From: Rhizophagus irregularis
Taxonomy: Eukaryota
Assembly (NCBI RefSeq): GCF_026210795.1
Contig: NC_089430.1
Location: 3,968,001 to 4,032,000, forward strand
DNA length: 64,000 nucleotides
Direction: 5' to 3'
Position 1 is the first letter of the stretch. The number at the start of each line of letters is the position of its first letter. Positions 1-13,040 of this stretch are shown here, piece after piece. The notes under the pieces were generated by a model that made no database searches, had not been told where the DNA came from, and was given only the letters and a program-made list of their open reading frames with translations. The position numbers and the translations under genes were made by a program.

Positions 1-32
1 TTTAAGGCATTTCAAAATAATTTTAGCAACAT

Positions 33-175
33 ATAGGTCTGATCTAAAAAATTAAGGTAAAAGAATTTTTTGGTTAAAATTTAAAAGTTATTGTATTTTA
101 ATCTAATTATATCAAAAGTATAATGCAAATTTTAAAAAAAATTCTCTAACCTTAATTTTTCTAGATCAGGCCCAT
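33..175. mobile_element. small foldback/MITE-like element
   Basis: ~40-bp imperfect terminal inverted repeats: ataggtctgatctaaaaaaattaaggtaaaagaatttttt versus aaaaaaattctctaaccttaatttttctagatcaggcccat. Confidence 0.55.
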
Positions 176-933
176 TATGTAATCTATTCAATCATAAATA
201 TAATACCTATATTATAAATTAATTAAGAAGATATTATTGATTTTTAGAAAGTTTTTTGGAAGTATTTTAATCAAATTTTTTTTTAACAAGTATAAATATA
301 TAAGCTTCCTGAGTATATCTGCTGATTAGGTAGAATACAATGCTTTATATATTTTATAAAATTTATTTTTAAATAAAATACTAGTAAAGATAAAAAAAAA
401 ATCATAAATAAATGGAAAAATGTAATGTTTACTAATATATTTGAAATTTTTGTACTTTGCAAATAAATTTTATTCAATAAAAATAAATAAAATAATAGTC
501 TGGCTTTTTATTAATTTTCATTTAATAAGAATAAAATATTTTTATTCTAAAACAAAGAGCTGCTTACATTTTTAAATTGACTTTTTTGACTATTACTTGT
601 TCACATTTTTAGAATTGATCGTCATTTGAGCTACAAATCCCTTTGTTCTGCAACACCAAGCAGCTATGAAAGCTTTTCAATTCTTCGCAAATTATTGATT
701 CCAAATATATCATACAAATACTATTTGTGGAACAACTCCTCATGTTTCACGAGAAATATAAAGACTTTCAAACACACACATCCGAATTACTTTACTTCTT
801 GTTGCGGGGACTTCAGGAAGCTTTGCAATAAAAAAACTATAAGTAGAATTATCATAGTTAACACAGATCTCGTTTTCTCTCGATTTTATCAAGTATATAT
901 TTAAACAATTATTGGAAATCAGGAAAATTCAAA

Positions 934-3266
934 ATGCCTTCTGAACATTCTCGCTCTTCATCGAGCTCTTCGGTAACATCGCCCATTCCGACAATTAACG
1001 TCAAGCTTGTCAAGTCCAACGGTAAAGATGGTCATGGTCAGTCAAATTCGAACAGTAGAGGATCTAATAGTGACCTTTTAGACATCTTCAACGCTCGTAC
1101 AGGTCAAACAAAAGATAAAGGCTCTAGGGATAAAAGTCCGTCTTCTAGGGATAGAAGTCCCTCACGTGGTAAGAGTCCTGGAAGAAGTAAAAGTTCTGAT
1201 AAACGAGGAAAAAGCCCTTCGGGCCGTAAAAGCCCTTCTGGTGATAAACTTCTTAGTTCGCCTAGAAGTCCGGGTTCGAGGTCTAGAAGCCCAGGGCCTC
1301 GTTCAAAGAGTCCAAATCGTAAAGAAACATCTTCACGTTCAAAGAGTCCCCGATCAAATAGCCAGAATCGTGATAACTCGATGAATAGATCTTCTTCTCA
1401 GGATGCTCGTCTTGGTATGGGTAGCAAAGGGGCGCACCCTTGGATTGCTCCATCACTTTCTTCTGAAAAAGGCGGCAATTCAAAAAACTCCAACAGATTA
1501 AGCCTTCCTCCTAACTTTGCTGACTTTAACATAAACAGCGTTATACGTGAAAGTAATGAACGATGGGCTAGATTAAATCTTGTTCCAAGTGATAAGGATA
1601 GCAAAACTAGTAGTATGGGAAATTTCTCTAAAACTGCTAGCCTTCGAGTGGTGAATCCTATTGCTCGCCCAAAACTTTCCGTTGAGACCTTTAATAGTTT
1701 GCTCGGTAGCAGGTCTATGCAAAGAACTCCTTCAGGTGGACGCACTGGAAATTTAAGTAATCCTTTTGCTGCTGGGGTTCCCTTGACCAGATCTAGAAGT
1801 CATAACTCTGCCATGGATGATTCCAAAAGAGTATATTCAAAGGATGATAAACCACACCCTCTTCAACATAATTGGTTAGTGCAATACACAATACAGTTAT
1901 ATAGAGGGATTTTTTTAACAAATTATTTTATTGATATATGTATATTTTTTACAGGACTATGTATTATGATAGTAAACCTGTCATGACACCTGGACCAAAA
2001 ACACCAACAGGAAAGCTTACATACGAAGAGAATCTGCAGACTATTGGTACTTTTGATACGGTAACTAAAATGAAAATTAAGTTTATTACGACTATATAAT
2101 TTATATAAATATTACTTAAATGTGCTAAAGAAAATATTATTATTCTTTACTCAGGTTCAAAGTTTTTGTCGCTATTTCAACTGGGTTAAGAAGCCCAGTC
2201 AATTAGATATGAATACGAATTTCCATATATTTAAGGATAAAATTAAGCCAATGTGGGAAGATCCAGCTAATGCTAATGTAATTATTTTCAAATAAACCCT
2301 TTTTCTATTAATTGTAATTTTAAAGGTATTTTTATTTAATTCAGGGAGGAAAATGGGTGATTTCAATGAAAAGTCCCCAGTTATTGGATCGTTGTTGGAG
2401 TTGGCTTGTGTATGCATTGGTTGGAGAAGAGTTGGATGAAAATGATGATATTTGTGGTGCCGGTACGTTGAGATTTATTAAATTAGAAAGTAGAACATAT
2501 GTGGGACATCTTGGAGACTAACACTCTTTTTTCCTTTGGTTAGTAATGTCTCGTAGAGCTCGTGGTGATAGAATTGCAGTTTGGGTAAGAGACAAAGATA
2601 ATGTTCCTGTAATTAATGGAATTGGGTAAGTTATTTTTGTATAGTCTGTTATCTTCCTTTTATATTATATTAAATTCAGTTTATAACTTTTTAATTTAGA
2701 CGACGTTTATTGAAGATTCTTGATTTACAAAATGAGAAAGGAATCGGAATGGATTTCCAAGTAGCGTATAAATTTTAAGATTATATTTATACACCAATTG
2801 TTTTTTGCAAGAACATATTCTAATTTTAAATTTTTCATCTTTCTAGTTCAATGAAGATGCATTAAAATCTGGAACATCATATAATAATCGTGTATATTTA
2901 TCTTTGGAAAGTTTGAAACAAGAATTGGAAAGCGAGGAAAAAGCAAAACAAGATGAACTTGTTATTGCGGAGAAGAGACAAATTGAAATACAAAAAAATG
3001 ACAAAGACTCATCTAATGCAGAAGTCAACGTAAGCACACCAGAGATTGTTACTATTGATGTGGATGCGGAATCAGGAGCAACAACTGGAAATAATCATAA
3101 TTTAGATGAACAAAAGGACGATGATAATGTTACAAATGATAATAATAATGAGAATGAGGATGATGACGATAATGAAGATAACAATAATAAGGATGTCAAT
3201 AATGAGGATGTCATTATTGATGAAATTAAAGAAGATGAGCCACAATCAAATGAAAGTCAAAATTAA
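934..3266 (+). CDS. eIF4E-family cap-binding protein with long Ser/Arg/Pro-rich N-terminal and acidic C-terminal extensions (multi-exon)
   Basis: Spliced reading gives HPLQHNWTMYYD...TYEENLQTIGTFDTVQSFCRYFNW...[23 protein letters not shown]...ALVGEE...DDICGAV...RGDRIAVW, the eIF4E core. GT-AG introns, e.g. 1875-1954. Stop TAA at 3264-3266. Confidence 0.9.
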
Positions 3267-4519
3267 CTCTTAAAATTTAATTATTTTGATGAAATTTAAT
3301 TCCGCTTTATTTTTAAAAAAAATTTTTTTTTCATGTAGAAATTTTATTTTTGGCTTTTTATTTTATAATTCATATATATTTGCACTTTTTATTTGTTTTT
3401 TAACATTATTCATTTATATATATTTTTGGCATGTAAGATAGTTCATTTTATGTTAGTAGACAATTCAAATTTTATCCTTTGATTTTTAATCAATCAAAAA
3501 AATTCATAATTTCTTTATTATTTTTTTATCCTTTGAACAAAAAGTGGGAGTTTATTTTTGGCATTTAATTTAAACTTTTTTTTATTAATGTATTTATTTT
3601 ATATGTATATAATAAATACAATAGATTTATTTATTAAACGGTTATCTTTTTTTTTAAAATAATATATTTGCATATATTTTATATTAACAGTAAATCTTAT
3701 TTTTTAAGGGTTATTTCTTAATTATTATTTTTTTTTCACAATATAATACTTATATAATTTATATTATTTTAATTATCTGATTTTTACAAATCAACTAACT
3801 CTATATTAAAATTATTTGGCTACTTGTTAAAGATTATTAATTATTTATTAATTTTATTTTTATTCACAAAAATAACTGCTATAATTCTTAAAGTATATTA
3901 TGAAAATTCTTTTTCTTTTTTAATCTTTATAATTATCTTTTGATTTTTTTTTGATTTTTTTTTGATTTTAGTATTAGCAAATTTTATTATTTTATAATGT
4001 ATACTTTTTAAAACTAAATTAAATTTTTATAATATTTTTATAGTTTTTAATTAATACCAGTTTATAAATACAATAAAATAAATTAAATGAATATATAAAT
4101 AAATATAAAATAAACTTATTAATGTTTTTTTAGTAGGTCTTGTGGTCTACCAGATAAAGACATCAGGTTATATGCTAAGATGATGCGTTTTATATATTGC
4201 CTATTTGATTAGTTATCATAACTATCTGATAGTGCATATGTAAGGTTTTATAGAGAAATGATGAATGGTTTACAAATTAATCATATTAGTATATTTTATA
4301 GTTTTTTTTATCTTTGTATAATTACTAATATTATACTAATAAATTTGTAAATGTATTGCGATTATCAAAAAAAAAAATAAATAAGTTCTTTTAATATAAA
4401 TTTTTAAAACAACAAATTATCAAATAATTAAGTAAAAGATTTTTGTGATTTCTATGGTTACTTGTATCTATTGGTGATAAGATCAGTTAAGTAAGCCTTA
4501 TATTTAATTATGCTATTAA

Positions 4520-4646
4520 TAAAGTTCTACATGACTAGCTTCGTACTTAAAAGTACTTTAAAAATATATTGGCTCACAAGCTGGCTCGTAAGCTAATATA
4601 TTTTTAAAGTACTTTTGACTCGTAAGCTGATTCATATAGAGCTTTA
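4520..4646. repeat. imperfect palindrome (MITE-like)
   Basis: aaaagtactttaaaaatatatt / aatatatttttaaagtactttt core, with imperfect extension to ~55 bp per arm. Confidence 0.6.
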
Positions 4647-5128
4647 GCTATAATAAGAAATTTATATCAATTATTAGATCAATGTTCTATAAAATTTCTG
4701 TTCAAACCAGCATTATTTAAAAAAAATAGTAGGAATAAAGGAGAAGAGTTTGATAAATTTGGTAATACTAGCATTCTTTTCAATTTGAATTATATTATTA
4801 CATCATGATTTTCAGATATATTTTTGGAATGCATTATGAAAAAATTTAACTATTTTTCTTGCAATAATTTTAAAATTTTTTATAAAGTTAGTTTTTGTAT
4901 ATTAAATAGAATCGTACTAAAATTTTTAGTTAATTTTATACAATTATAAGTTTTCAATTCTGATAAAATGGCATTTTTATATTCAAAAATAATTTTTTTT
5001 CAAGTTAAAAAAAGGTATTATTGTTTTTTAAAACTCTTTTTAATAAGTAATTATTATTATTTTTTTTTTTATGTTTTAGGAGATATCGGCATAAGCCTAG
5101 GTTCGCTAGAGTTACGTGGAGGGAAGCA

Positions 5129-5373
5129 TAAGGTTGCTTGTCTAAACCTCTTCAAAATCTTACGATTAGTTTTGTTAAAATTTTACTATAGATTTATTAT
5201 AGTTTTGGCAGAGTTTCAGCAGTTTCGGCATTTATAATAAGTTTCGGCAGTTTTGCCTTTCTCCAAAGTTTTGCCAGTTTTTTAATATAACTTTAATATA
5301 GTTTTGGCAGAATTTTGCTTTTCGGCAAAACGCCATCTTGCCTAAACCCCTAGGTTTCCGGCAAAGCAACTTA
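5129..5373. mobile_element. hAT-type MITE, family A copy 1 (nested in SINE copy 1)
   Basis: TIR taaggttgcttg...gcaaagcaactta. Flanking 8-bp repeat agggaagc (5120-5127, 5375-5382). Near-identical to 62175-62418. Confidence 0.85.
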
Positions 5374-5441
5374 AAGGGAAGCTGCTACAACTTAAAGTTG
5401 TGGAAATACTGCTCCTACATTAAGCAAGCACTAACCAGAAC

Positions 5442-5804
5442 TAAAGATGTAGTATGTAATTGATAATTACTACCCTTGTGTTGTAATAGTAAGGGTTGCA
5501 ACCTATTACTACTTTTAAAGTTAAAGTGTTGTAATATTACAACACTTATGATTGTTCAAAAATTTCCTTTTTGAAAAATAAAAATTACAAAAATAAGTTT
5601 TTATAGAACAAATATCATCATAAAAGAAATAATTAATATATAATAATACATATTTATATAATTGGAAATAATTACAATACTAGTAGTAATTATAATACTA
5701 TATAATAATTATAATATTGTGTAATTACAACAAAAGTGTTGTATGTATGTTGTAATAGTTGCAACCTTATAACCTTCTAAAAATAATTACATATTACATC
5801 TTTA
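5442..5804. mobile_element. MITE (nested in SINE copy 1)
   Basis: 20-bp TIR taaagatgtagtatgtaatt / aattacatattacatcttta (1 mismatch). Degenerate TSD aaccagaac/aaccaaac. Internal ttgtaat/attacaa repeats. Confidence 0.75.
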
Positions 5805-7930
5805 AACCAAACACCTACTCTAATTATTAGAAGTAACCAGATGTACATTCCCTTACCCCTATATACCACACTGGAAAGACGACCCAAGTTTATACTTACA
5901 CAAGGATAGATCGTGCGTAGCAGGCTCCGACACAGTTATACTACCCACTAAGACTCCGTCAGAAGTTTGAAGAACCACCCACGTACGGCAGATATAACGG
6001 AGCAGACATCTAGAAGTCCTTCCATGATGGTTAGCTTAGAGGTACTGCAATACTAAGACTACTAATATGGTCTCACTCAAAGCCCACTACAGGTCGCGAT
6101 TACTATACCAGCCCATCATAGTTGTAAATCCCCCAGTAGTAATAGTAGTGACTACCAGGACAGTAAGCTGCTAAGAGTACTGGGATCACCCCTTTATTAT
6201 AAGTAACCAACCCAGTTACCCAGGGATCACCCACCAGTACGTCAAATTCACTCGATGAATCAAACCCTCACCTAACCTTATATACCTGTGAGCTTACAAA
6301 CGTCTCCAATCAGCCTAAACCTATTAAAAGGTAAACTACTGCTAAGACATTGCACTTGAGACTTTACCATCTATGAGGACCATCTAGCATAGTAAACTCC
6401 CACAGTAAAGTTTACCACACTCTTAGTGGTATCGTAGATGTAAGACCAAGATAAGAAAGACCTGCAGATGGTATGACAAGTAGAACGACCATCCAAACAG
6501 GACAATAGGCTTCCCAATGGCCTCATAGGGAACGCTAGGAGAACACCATAACCCTTTGTTAAAATATGTCGTCGACAGATACATACTAATTCACCATGAT
6601 GCAGTTCAGCCTACACTAATCCCTGTACCTTCACATTATTAGTAGTAGTGTCCGCAGTAAAATTCTTTTAATTTTCATGATTGGCAGAATCGAACCTATG
6701 ACCTCACCATACTCAGACTTCCCAAAAGGACTCACAGACTTACCAATGAGCCAGGGGTAATCAACTCTAATAAGTAATTATTATATTAGTAAATTTTATA
6801 ATATAATAAAAATTTTTATTATAATTTTATATAAGGCCATACAAACTTGATTTTATAGTTTTCATAATATAAAAATTTCATTAATAACCCGGCAACCCGG
6901 CTTTTAATTTTTTTTTCAAAAATTTTATATGTGAAATTTTTTTTGATTTTTTAAAAAATTACCTGCAGGCATAGTAATAATATAAAAAAATTTTTTTAAG
7001 AAACAACTTGAAAGCCTGATTCCCGGCCGGACTATAAAAACCATTTTTAGCCACTTTGTATGCTAATTATAAATATAAAAAAATATTTTTATATAACAAA
7101 TTTAAAATAATTAGTATTAATAAATAACTTTTTAATAGAAGAGGATGATTTCTACATTTGCTTTTACCTTACTGATTATTTGGCCATTTTTCCAGTAAGG
7201 AAAAACTTTGATTTTTCTCATTCGAGTAGCTGTAGAGTACTTTGTTTTTTATTGTGAACTTCTTGGTCATTCTTTCAAAATTTGAACGGACCTTTAACTT
7301 AAAGTTTTAGTGGAGTTACAAAACTATGGAGTGGTTTTTACCAAAAATAATTTTATTTCTGCCACCACCGAGTTCCTAAAAGTTGTAACAGTTATGTATT
7401 GAGCGGCTGGACTTTGAATTCTGCACCAATATGAAGTTTTTCCATTAGTTTCTTTATTTTTGGAAGCATTGCAAAAGTTTTTTCCATGAAGTATAAGTTG
7501 AAATAGAGGTGATCACTTAAGAAGTGGGCTTTTCTTTATTATTAGTTAACGTTTGAGACTTTGAAATGTTTGTAGTGGTAGACAAAGGCTTAGGATTTAT
7601 TTCTTTTTTTACTCAGTTTTTCCTCTAGGGATTTTCTGAGGTTATGACTTTCCTTTTTGTTTTTGTTTTTTTTTTTATCCTTGAAATTTCAGCATTTTCG
7701 CTCTTGGTTTTCTTTTGGGAGTTAGGGATATTGGAATGTTAATCATCTGGGCTAAAGGTTTGGTATTACTTAATTTTTTTGGATTTATGTAGATCTTTAG
7801 GGAGCGAAGCTGATGGGATTGGTGAATTTTAGTTTTTAATTTTTACTAATCAAAGTTAATCAGCAGTAGAAATGTCAAAATTAGATACATTAAATTACAT
7901 TAAAGTGTATAGGTTGGACCTAGTGTATCC

Positions 7931-8107
7931 TATACATGCTGTCCAAATTATTTTGGGATGCCATAATTATAATTTGGGATGTCGTAATTCATTCAATTTA
8001 TATATAATTTACTATGTAAAGTGCCAAAATAATTTGGGATGTCATAATTGAATTTGGGATTTTACTTATAATTACGGCAGCCCAAAATAATTTGGGTGGC
8101 ATATATA
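7931..8107. mobile_element. hAT-type MITE
   Basis: ~42-bp imperfect TIR (tatacatgctgtccaaattattttgggatgcc...). 8-bp TSD gtgtatcc/gtgtattc. Internal aatttgggatg repeats. Confidence 0.75.
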
Positions 8108-9601
8108 GTGTATTCACCTGGATGTGATGGAAGTTAAGGCTATATAATGTGATCTATGAATTTCATTCCAGAACGTGCCAATTCTTTATAGGATTGCACC
8201 ATGATGAATTAGTGTATACAGTAATAAAGCTGTACATTTTAATAAAGTGTAATGGTGTCCTTTGGAGGAACCCTATGAAGATCATAAAGAAGTTTAATTT
8301 TTTACATTACTTTTTTGTTTTTAATGTATTTATAATGGTAATACAGTTCATATTTGGGTAATTTTGACTCAAAGGTCTATCTGCATGCAGGTATGGTCTT
8401 ATTTATTTTTTGTAAATATGTTGTGATTATTGTAATTACATCATTAAATAAAAATGACTGATCTCCTTTAAGTATAATTAAAAAAAAAAAAAATTTTTAA
8501 TAAAAGTAAATTTATTTCTAATTCTATGTAAGATTTAATATTTTTTATTTTTTTAAATTATAAATTATAACTCATTGGGAACATTTGCTTGTTGAGTGAA
8601 ATATTTTAGAGGTTATTGTTTATGATTACATAAACTTTTTACCATAATTAAATATCAATTTTTATGAGAGTAAATAAAAATAAAATAAAAATAAATTATA
8701 AATTATCAAAATCTTTTTTAAGATATTAAGTAAATTTGTAAAGCAGGCAAAATTATCTATAAATTATAATTTAAAAGTTATATGAATTTATATTGAATTT
8801 TATTTTTTATCAAAAATTACTTGAAAATAATTGCCAAATAATTGGCCTAACATTATTTTTATATATTAAATTCAGGAAAATGAAAAATAAAATTTTCTTT
8901 TAATAATATTATTTTTTGAATATTTTTATATGAAATTAAAATTTAAACATACCTGCATTTAAACGTATTCTTATAATATAAGTCAAAAATGAAGTTTTAA
9001 ACCCTTTTTGCTATAATAAATAAAGTTGTAGAAGAGGTAAAAATATATATATAATATGAGTTTATTTATAAATATATAAGATATAAATTGCATTTATTCA
9101 AAAAAATCAGTAATTTTTTAATATTATATGATAAAATAATCAGCATTTTTATTATATAAAAATTTTCAAAAAAGAAGAGTACATTCAAAATGCAGATGCG
9201 TTTAAATTTTAATCCCTTTTTATATTACTATATAATATTACATAATATCTAAAATTACTAGTAAAATTAAAGAATTTTAATAGCATATTAAAAACGTTAG
9301 TATTTATAGTGACTGCAAATTAATGTAATATTAAAAAAATAAAACTTGGCAAAATTAGTGTAAAATTATAATAAATTTTTATTAAAAAGTTAGTAAAACT
9401 AATTGAATGCTAAAATTACTGAAATTATATTAGTGATAGGTATATATTAATTTTTTATTATCATATTAATATTAATTTTAATGATTTAATTACTATTAAA
9501 TTTATTTTAATAATATTTATTAATTTTTGATAATTAATTGTTAAAAAAATTGAAAAAAATCCAAATTTTTAATTTTTTTATATAATTTAAAGTCTAATTT
9601 A

Positions 9602-10604
9602 GGGCGTTCTCAAGCACCCCAATTGATAGACTGATTAATGATCTGATTGGTCAAAAAAGTTTCAAAGAGTTTCTTATTTTGATGATCAACAAGCGAGCTA
9701 AAAACCACCTTTTTTTCTCAATGATCTTCAATTGATAGATGATGTTCAATCATTACAATAATTTACTTTATTTTTTTATGACAAAAATGAGTTCTCAGCA
9801 AGCTCTTTCACAATATAAAAAAATTATTATTTTATTCTTAATGCAAGAAAATTTTAAAAGAAATAATAGAGACTTTGACACAAATATGAATTATCTTTTA
9901 ACTTTTACTCAAATTATAGAAAGTACTCTCTATATTTTTGAAAAACTGTGTCCCACTTTTGTTAAATAGAAGCTTTAGAACGCTCTTTTAAAACGGAACT
10001 TGCAACATTAGAAGATTGTATATTAGAAACAATATTATTCCAAATTTGGCCTTTTTCCTTTGGATCTTTAACTTTTTGCAAAGCTTGTTAATGTTCTCCA
10101 ACCTCTTTAATAAATATCTAAATTTCTGCTGATGTTCATCGATTTGATGGCTTGCTAGCATGAATTGGTGTAAGTGGAATTGAAGTTGAAGTTGCATAAT
10201 CAGGAGAAATAGCGACATGATTATTACAATCAATGGAAGAAGATACCTATAAAAAAGAAATCAATAAAGATCTATATTACATTTAAAAAGAATATGTATT
10301 TACTTTTTTTTGTCGTTTAGAGCCAATATTTGACTTTGCTGTTGCAAAAAAGTTGCAAGTTCGTAAAATCATTTAAAGTGGTTGCATTAAAAATTGGATT
10401 TGAAACTTCATAGACATGTCGAAAACTATAAAATTGGTTATCATAAAAAAAAACTGTTGCTTAAAAAATTTATGTTAAACTATAAAAGAGGCATGCTCAA
10501 GCTAAATCGAACTTATAATTCTATTGATCTTGTCATTAATTGTGATACTTGAGTACAATGACATCACTATCAGGTCTAATTGAGGGAGATGCTTGAGAAC
10601 GCCC
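9602..10604. mobile_element. non-autonomous TIR element, probably PIF/Harbinger-type
   Basis: Perfect TIR gggcgttctcaagca / tgcttgagaacgccc flanked by TTA on both sides. An 8-bp hAT-like reading (gtctaatt/atctaatt) is also possible. Confidence 0.75.
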
Positions 10605-10752
10605 TTAATCTAATTTAAATCTGATATTTTAAATTAATTTATAATTTAAATAAAAAGAAGCGAACTATTAAGCAATTTTTAAATGTATATATTTTATATA
10701 AATAAATTTATTAATTTTTAGTTAAATAATTTAAAATTAACTCTATTTTACA

Positions 10753-10920
10753 TATATGAAGTCTTTGCAATAGAAAAGTACAAAACTCAAAAAATATTAA
10801 AAATTGAATTAATATTAAATTTGCATTTATTTCAGTAAAAAAAACATAATTATTAACATATAAAGTAAAATTAAATTTTTTTTTGAGTTTTATACCTTTT
10901 TATTGCAAAAACCTTATATA
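10753..10920. repeat. foldback/MITE-like inverted repeat
   Basis: tttgcaatagaaaagtacaaaactcaaaaaa versus ttttttgagttttatacctttttattgcaaa. Confidence 0.5.
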
Positions 10921-11757
10921 TTTAAATAATCTTTACAAAACTTGAAAACTTTTGAAATAAAAGTAATAGAACTAAAAAAATTTAAAAAAAAATGCTTTAT
11001 TATTCAAAGCATATGCATAGAACACTTCCATTTTACTTCAAAGTATTATCTGTTTGCATACATATATGACCAATAAAATCTTAGAATTAAGTGTAATCTT
11101 AAATTTATTTATATGTATTATATATAATATTTTTTATTTATGTCTCCTGATTTAAAATTTCCTTAATTTTTTAATATTTCTTAAAAGTTTTTTACACCAT
11201 TCAAAAGATAAATAAATTTTTTCTTATAATTTTTATAATATATTTTTTATGTTTTTTTTAATTTGTATTTGTTTTTTTTAAAATAAAAATTAAAATAACT
11301 GAAAATAAATAAAAAATAAAAAAATAAAACAATTAATTCATAAATAAACTGAATTTTTAATTATTGTGTTGTTGATTTCTTACATTTTATTATGAACATA
11401 TGATTTATGACGCTTCAAACGTATCAATTTTCTAATATGTATTTAGAATGTATTTTTAAAGTATGCAAATTATTTTTAAGGTTTAAAAGTTTATATTTAT
11501 AGAATTATTTAATTTTAAAAAATGAAATTTTTATAATTTTAATGAATATTAATTTGTATTAATTTATTATTTAGTGATTATAAAAGGATAAAATATAGGT
11601 ATATAACTATTAAATTTGCCTTAATGAGATATGTCAAATGGTGCTATATTTACTTCAATTAAAGTTATAATCTGTTAATTTGTAAATAAATACATTTTAG
11701 CCATTTTATAAATATTAAGTTAATAAAAAGATTTTTTTTTTAAATATTTTATAAATA

Positions 11758-12128
11758 TCTATCAATATATAATTCTATATATTAAAAAACACTGCAATCA
11801 CGTAGGCGTTATGTTTAGATTAACCATATAAATAAGTCATTTGAATTGTGTAACCCTACTCCTATTCGTCGCCAATGTTACACAAGACCAAAAAAGGAAA
11901 TTTTATTTCTGGCGAAAAACTGAAATTTTGGGTTACACAGGATTCCATAAAAGGAAATTATCGGTTACGCAAATTTCCAAAAAAGGAAATTTTATCTTCT
12001 GTTACTTTTCAGAGAAATTAAAAAAATTGTGTTGCTCAAATTTCCAAAAAAGGAAATTCTTTGCAGATCTTTTAATTCTGGCCGGAATTACATATTAACT
12101 GTTGTCGTAGACAACAGGTGAACACTAG
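11758..12128 (+). mobile_element. non-autonomous Helitron-like element
   Basis: 3' hairpin ctgttgtc-gta-gacaacag (12099-12117) followed by terminal CTAG then T. Candidate 5' A|TC start at 11758 (alternative 11774). Internal tttccaaaaaaggaaatt repeats. Confidence 0.65.
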
Positions 12129-13040
12129 TATAATAAAAAAAAATTGTCTTTAAAAATAAAAGTAAAGAGAAAATTAAAACAAATTGAATATTCAGGTTGG
12201 ATGAAAAATTAATCCATTTTTATTTTCTCTTTTTTTTTTATATTAAATAGATTAAATTGTATATTGGAATGCAATCTTATAATTTATATAATTAAAAAAA
12301 TTTGTAATGTTTAGATTACCTATATAAATAAATTTTAAAACATAATATTAAATAATTTAAAAAAGCAAAATTTATATGATAACTATATAATTCCAGTCAG
12401 CATTACAATTCTAATACAAAATAACAAGTTACAACAACTACTCTAAGAACATTATTAAAAAATTTTTAGTAATGTAATTTTGTACTACTAATCTAAAAAT
12501 AATATATTAATAAAAAGTAATATTTTTCACAGTTCTTACTTTTCACTCCAACAGCTCAACTGTTTGTATTTACATGTTTTTTTGTAATTTTATCTTGAAA
12601 TATATGTTATTCTTTTTTATTATAGTTTACTTTATTTTATTTTCTTAATCTTATTGTATTTTATTTTATTATGAAAATAAAAATGTGTTTTTTATATTAA
12701 ATACAAAATTTATTTACAACCTTGGAAGTATAAAGGTGAACTGAACTATCAAGTTTTGAATAAGAATAAGATTTTTCCATTTAATACATTATAAAAATTA
12801 CCTTTTTATTACTATTATTAAATTATATAAATAATACATGTATTTACTGAGTTATACTTATTCTTTATATAATTTTGTAAGTTAACAGTAAAAAATATCT
12901 TTATTTTCAAAATGTAAATGAGGTATTTATATATATTTTATAAAATTTTTGTTATTACATATGATTTATATAAAACATAAAAATATAAAAAAAAATGATT
13001 TTTTTCTTAAAAAGTCCTTGCTCTTTCCTATTACTATTGA

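Larger units (their letters stand above)
5058..6767 (-). mobile_element. tRNA-headed SINE-like retroposon, copy 1 (~1.1 kb after removing two nested MITEs)
   Basis: Minus-strand A-box TGGCTCATTGG (6743-6753) and B-box GGTTCGATTC (6687-6696). Poly(A) tail seen as the T-run at ~5060-5070. 17-bp TSD taataagtaattattat at 5041-5057 and 6768-6784. Colinear homology with 56282-57255. Confidence 0.85.

Noticed and set aside
1398..1745. Antisense ORFs within eIF4E exon 1 and other genes (19498, 34787, 14194)
   Set aside because: They overlap well-supported genes on the opposite strand and show no recognisable domains.
4130..4190. tRNA-like 5' motif ggtcttgtggtctacc
   Set aside because: No B-box or cloverleaf follows.
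4968..5237. ORF sharing the peptide KVACLNLFKILRLV with ORF 62086-62283
   Set aside because: The shared peptide is just translation of MITE family A, not a protein domain.
7140..7880. Possible decayed minus-strand coding sequence
   Set aside because: Many stops and no motif I can assign, so it cannot be supported as a feature.
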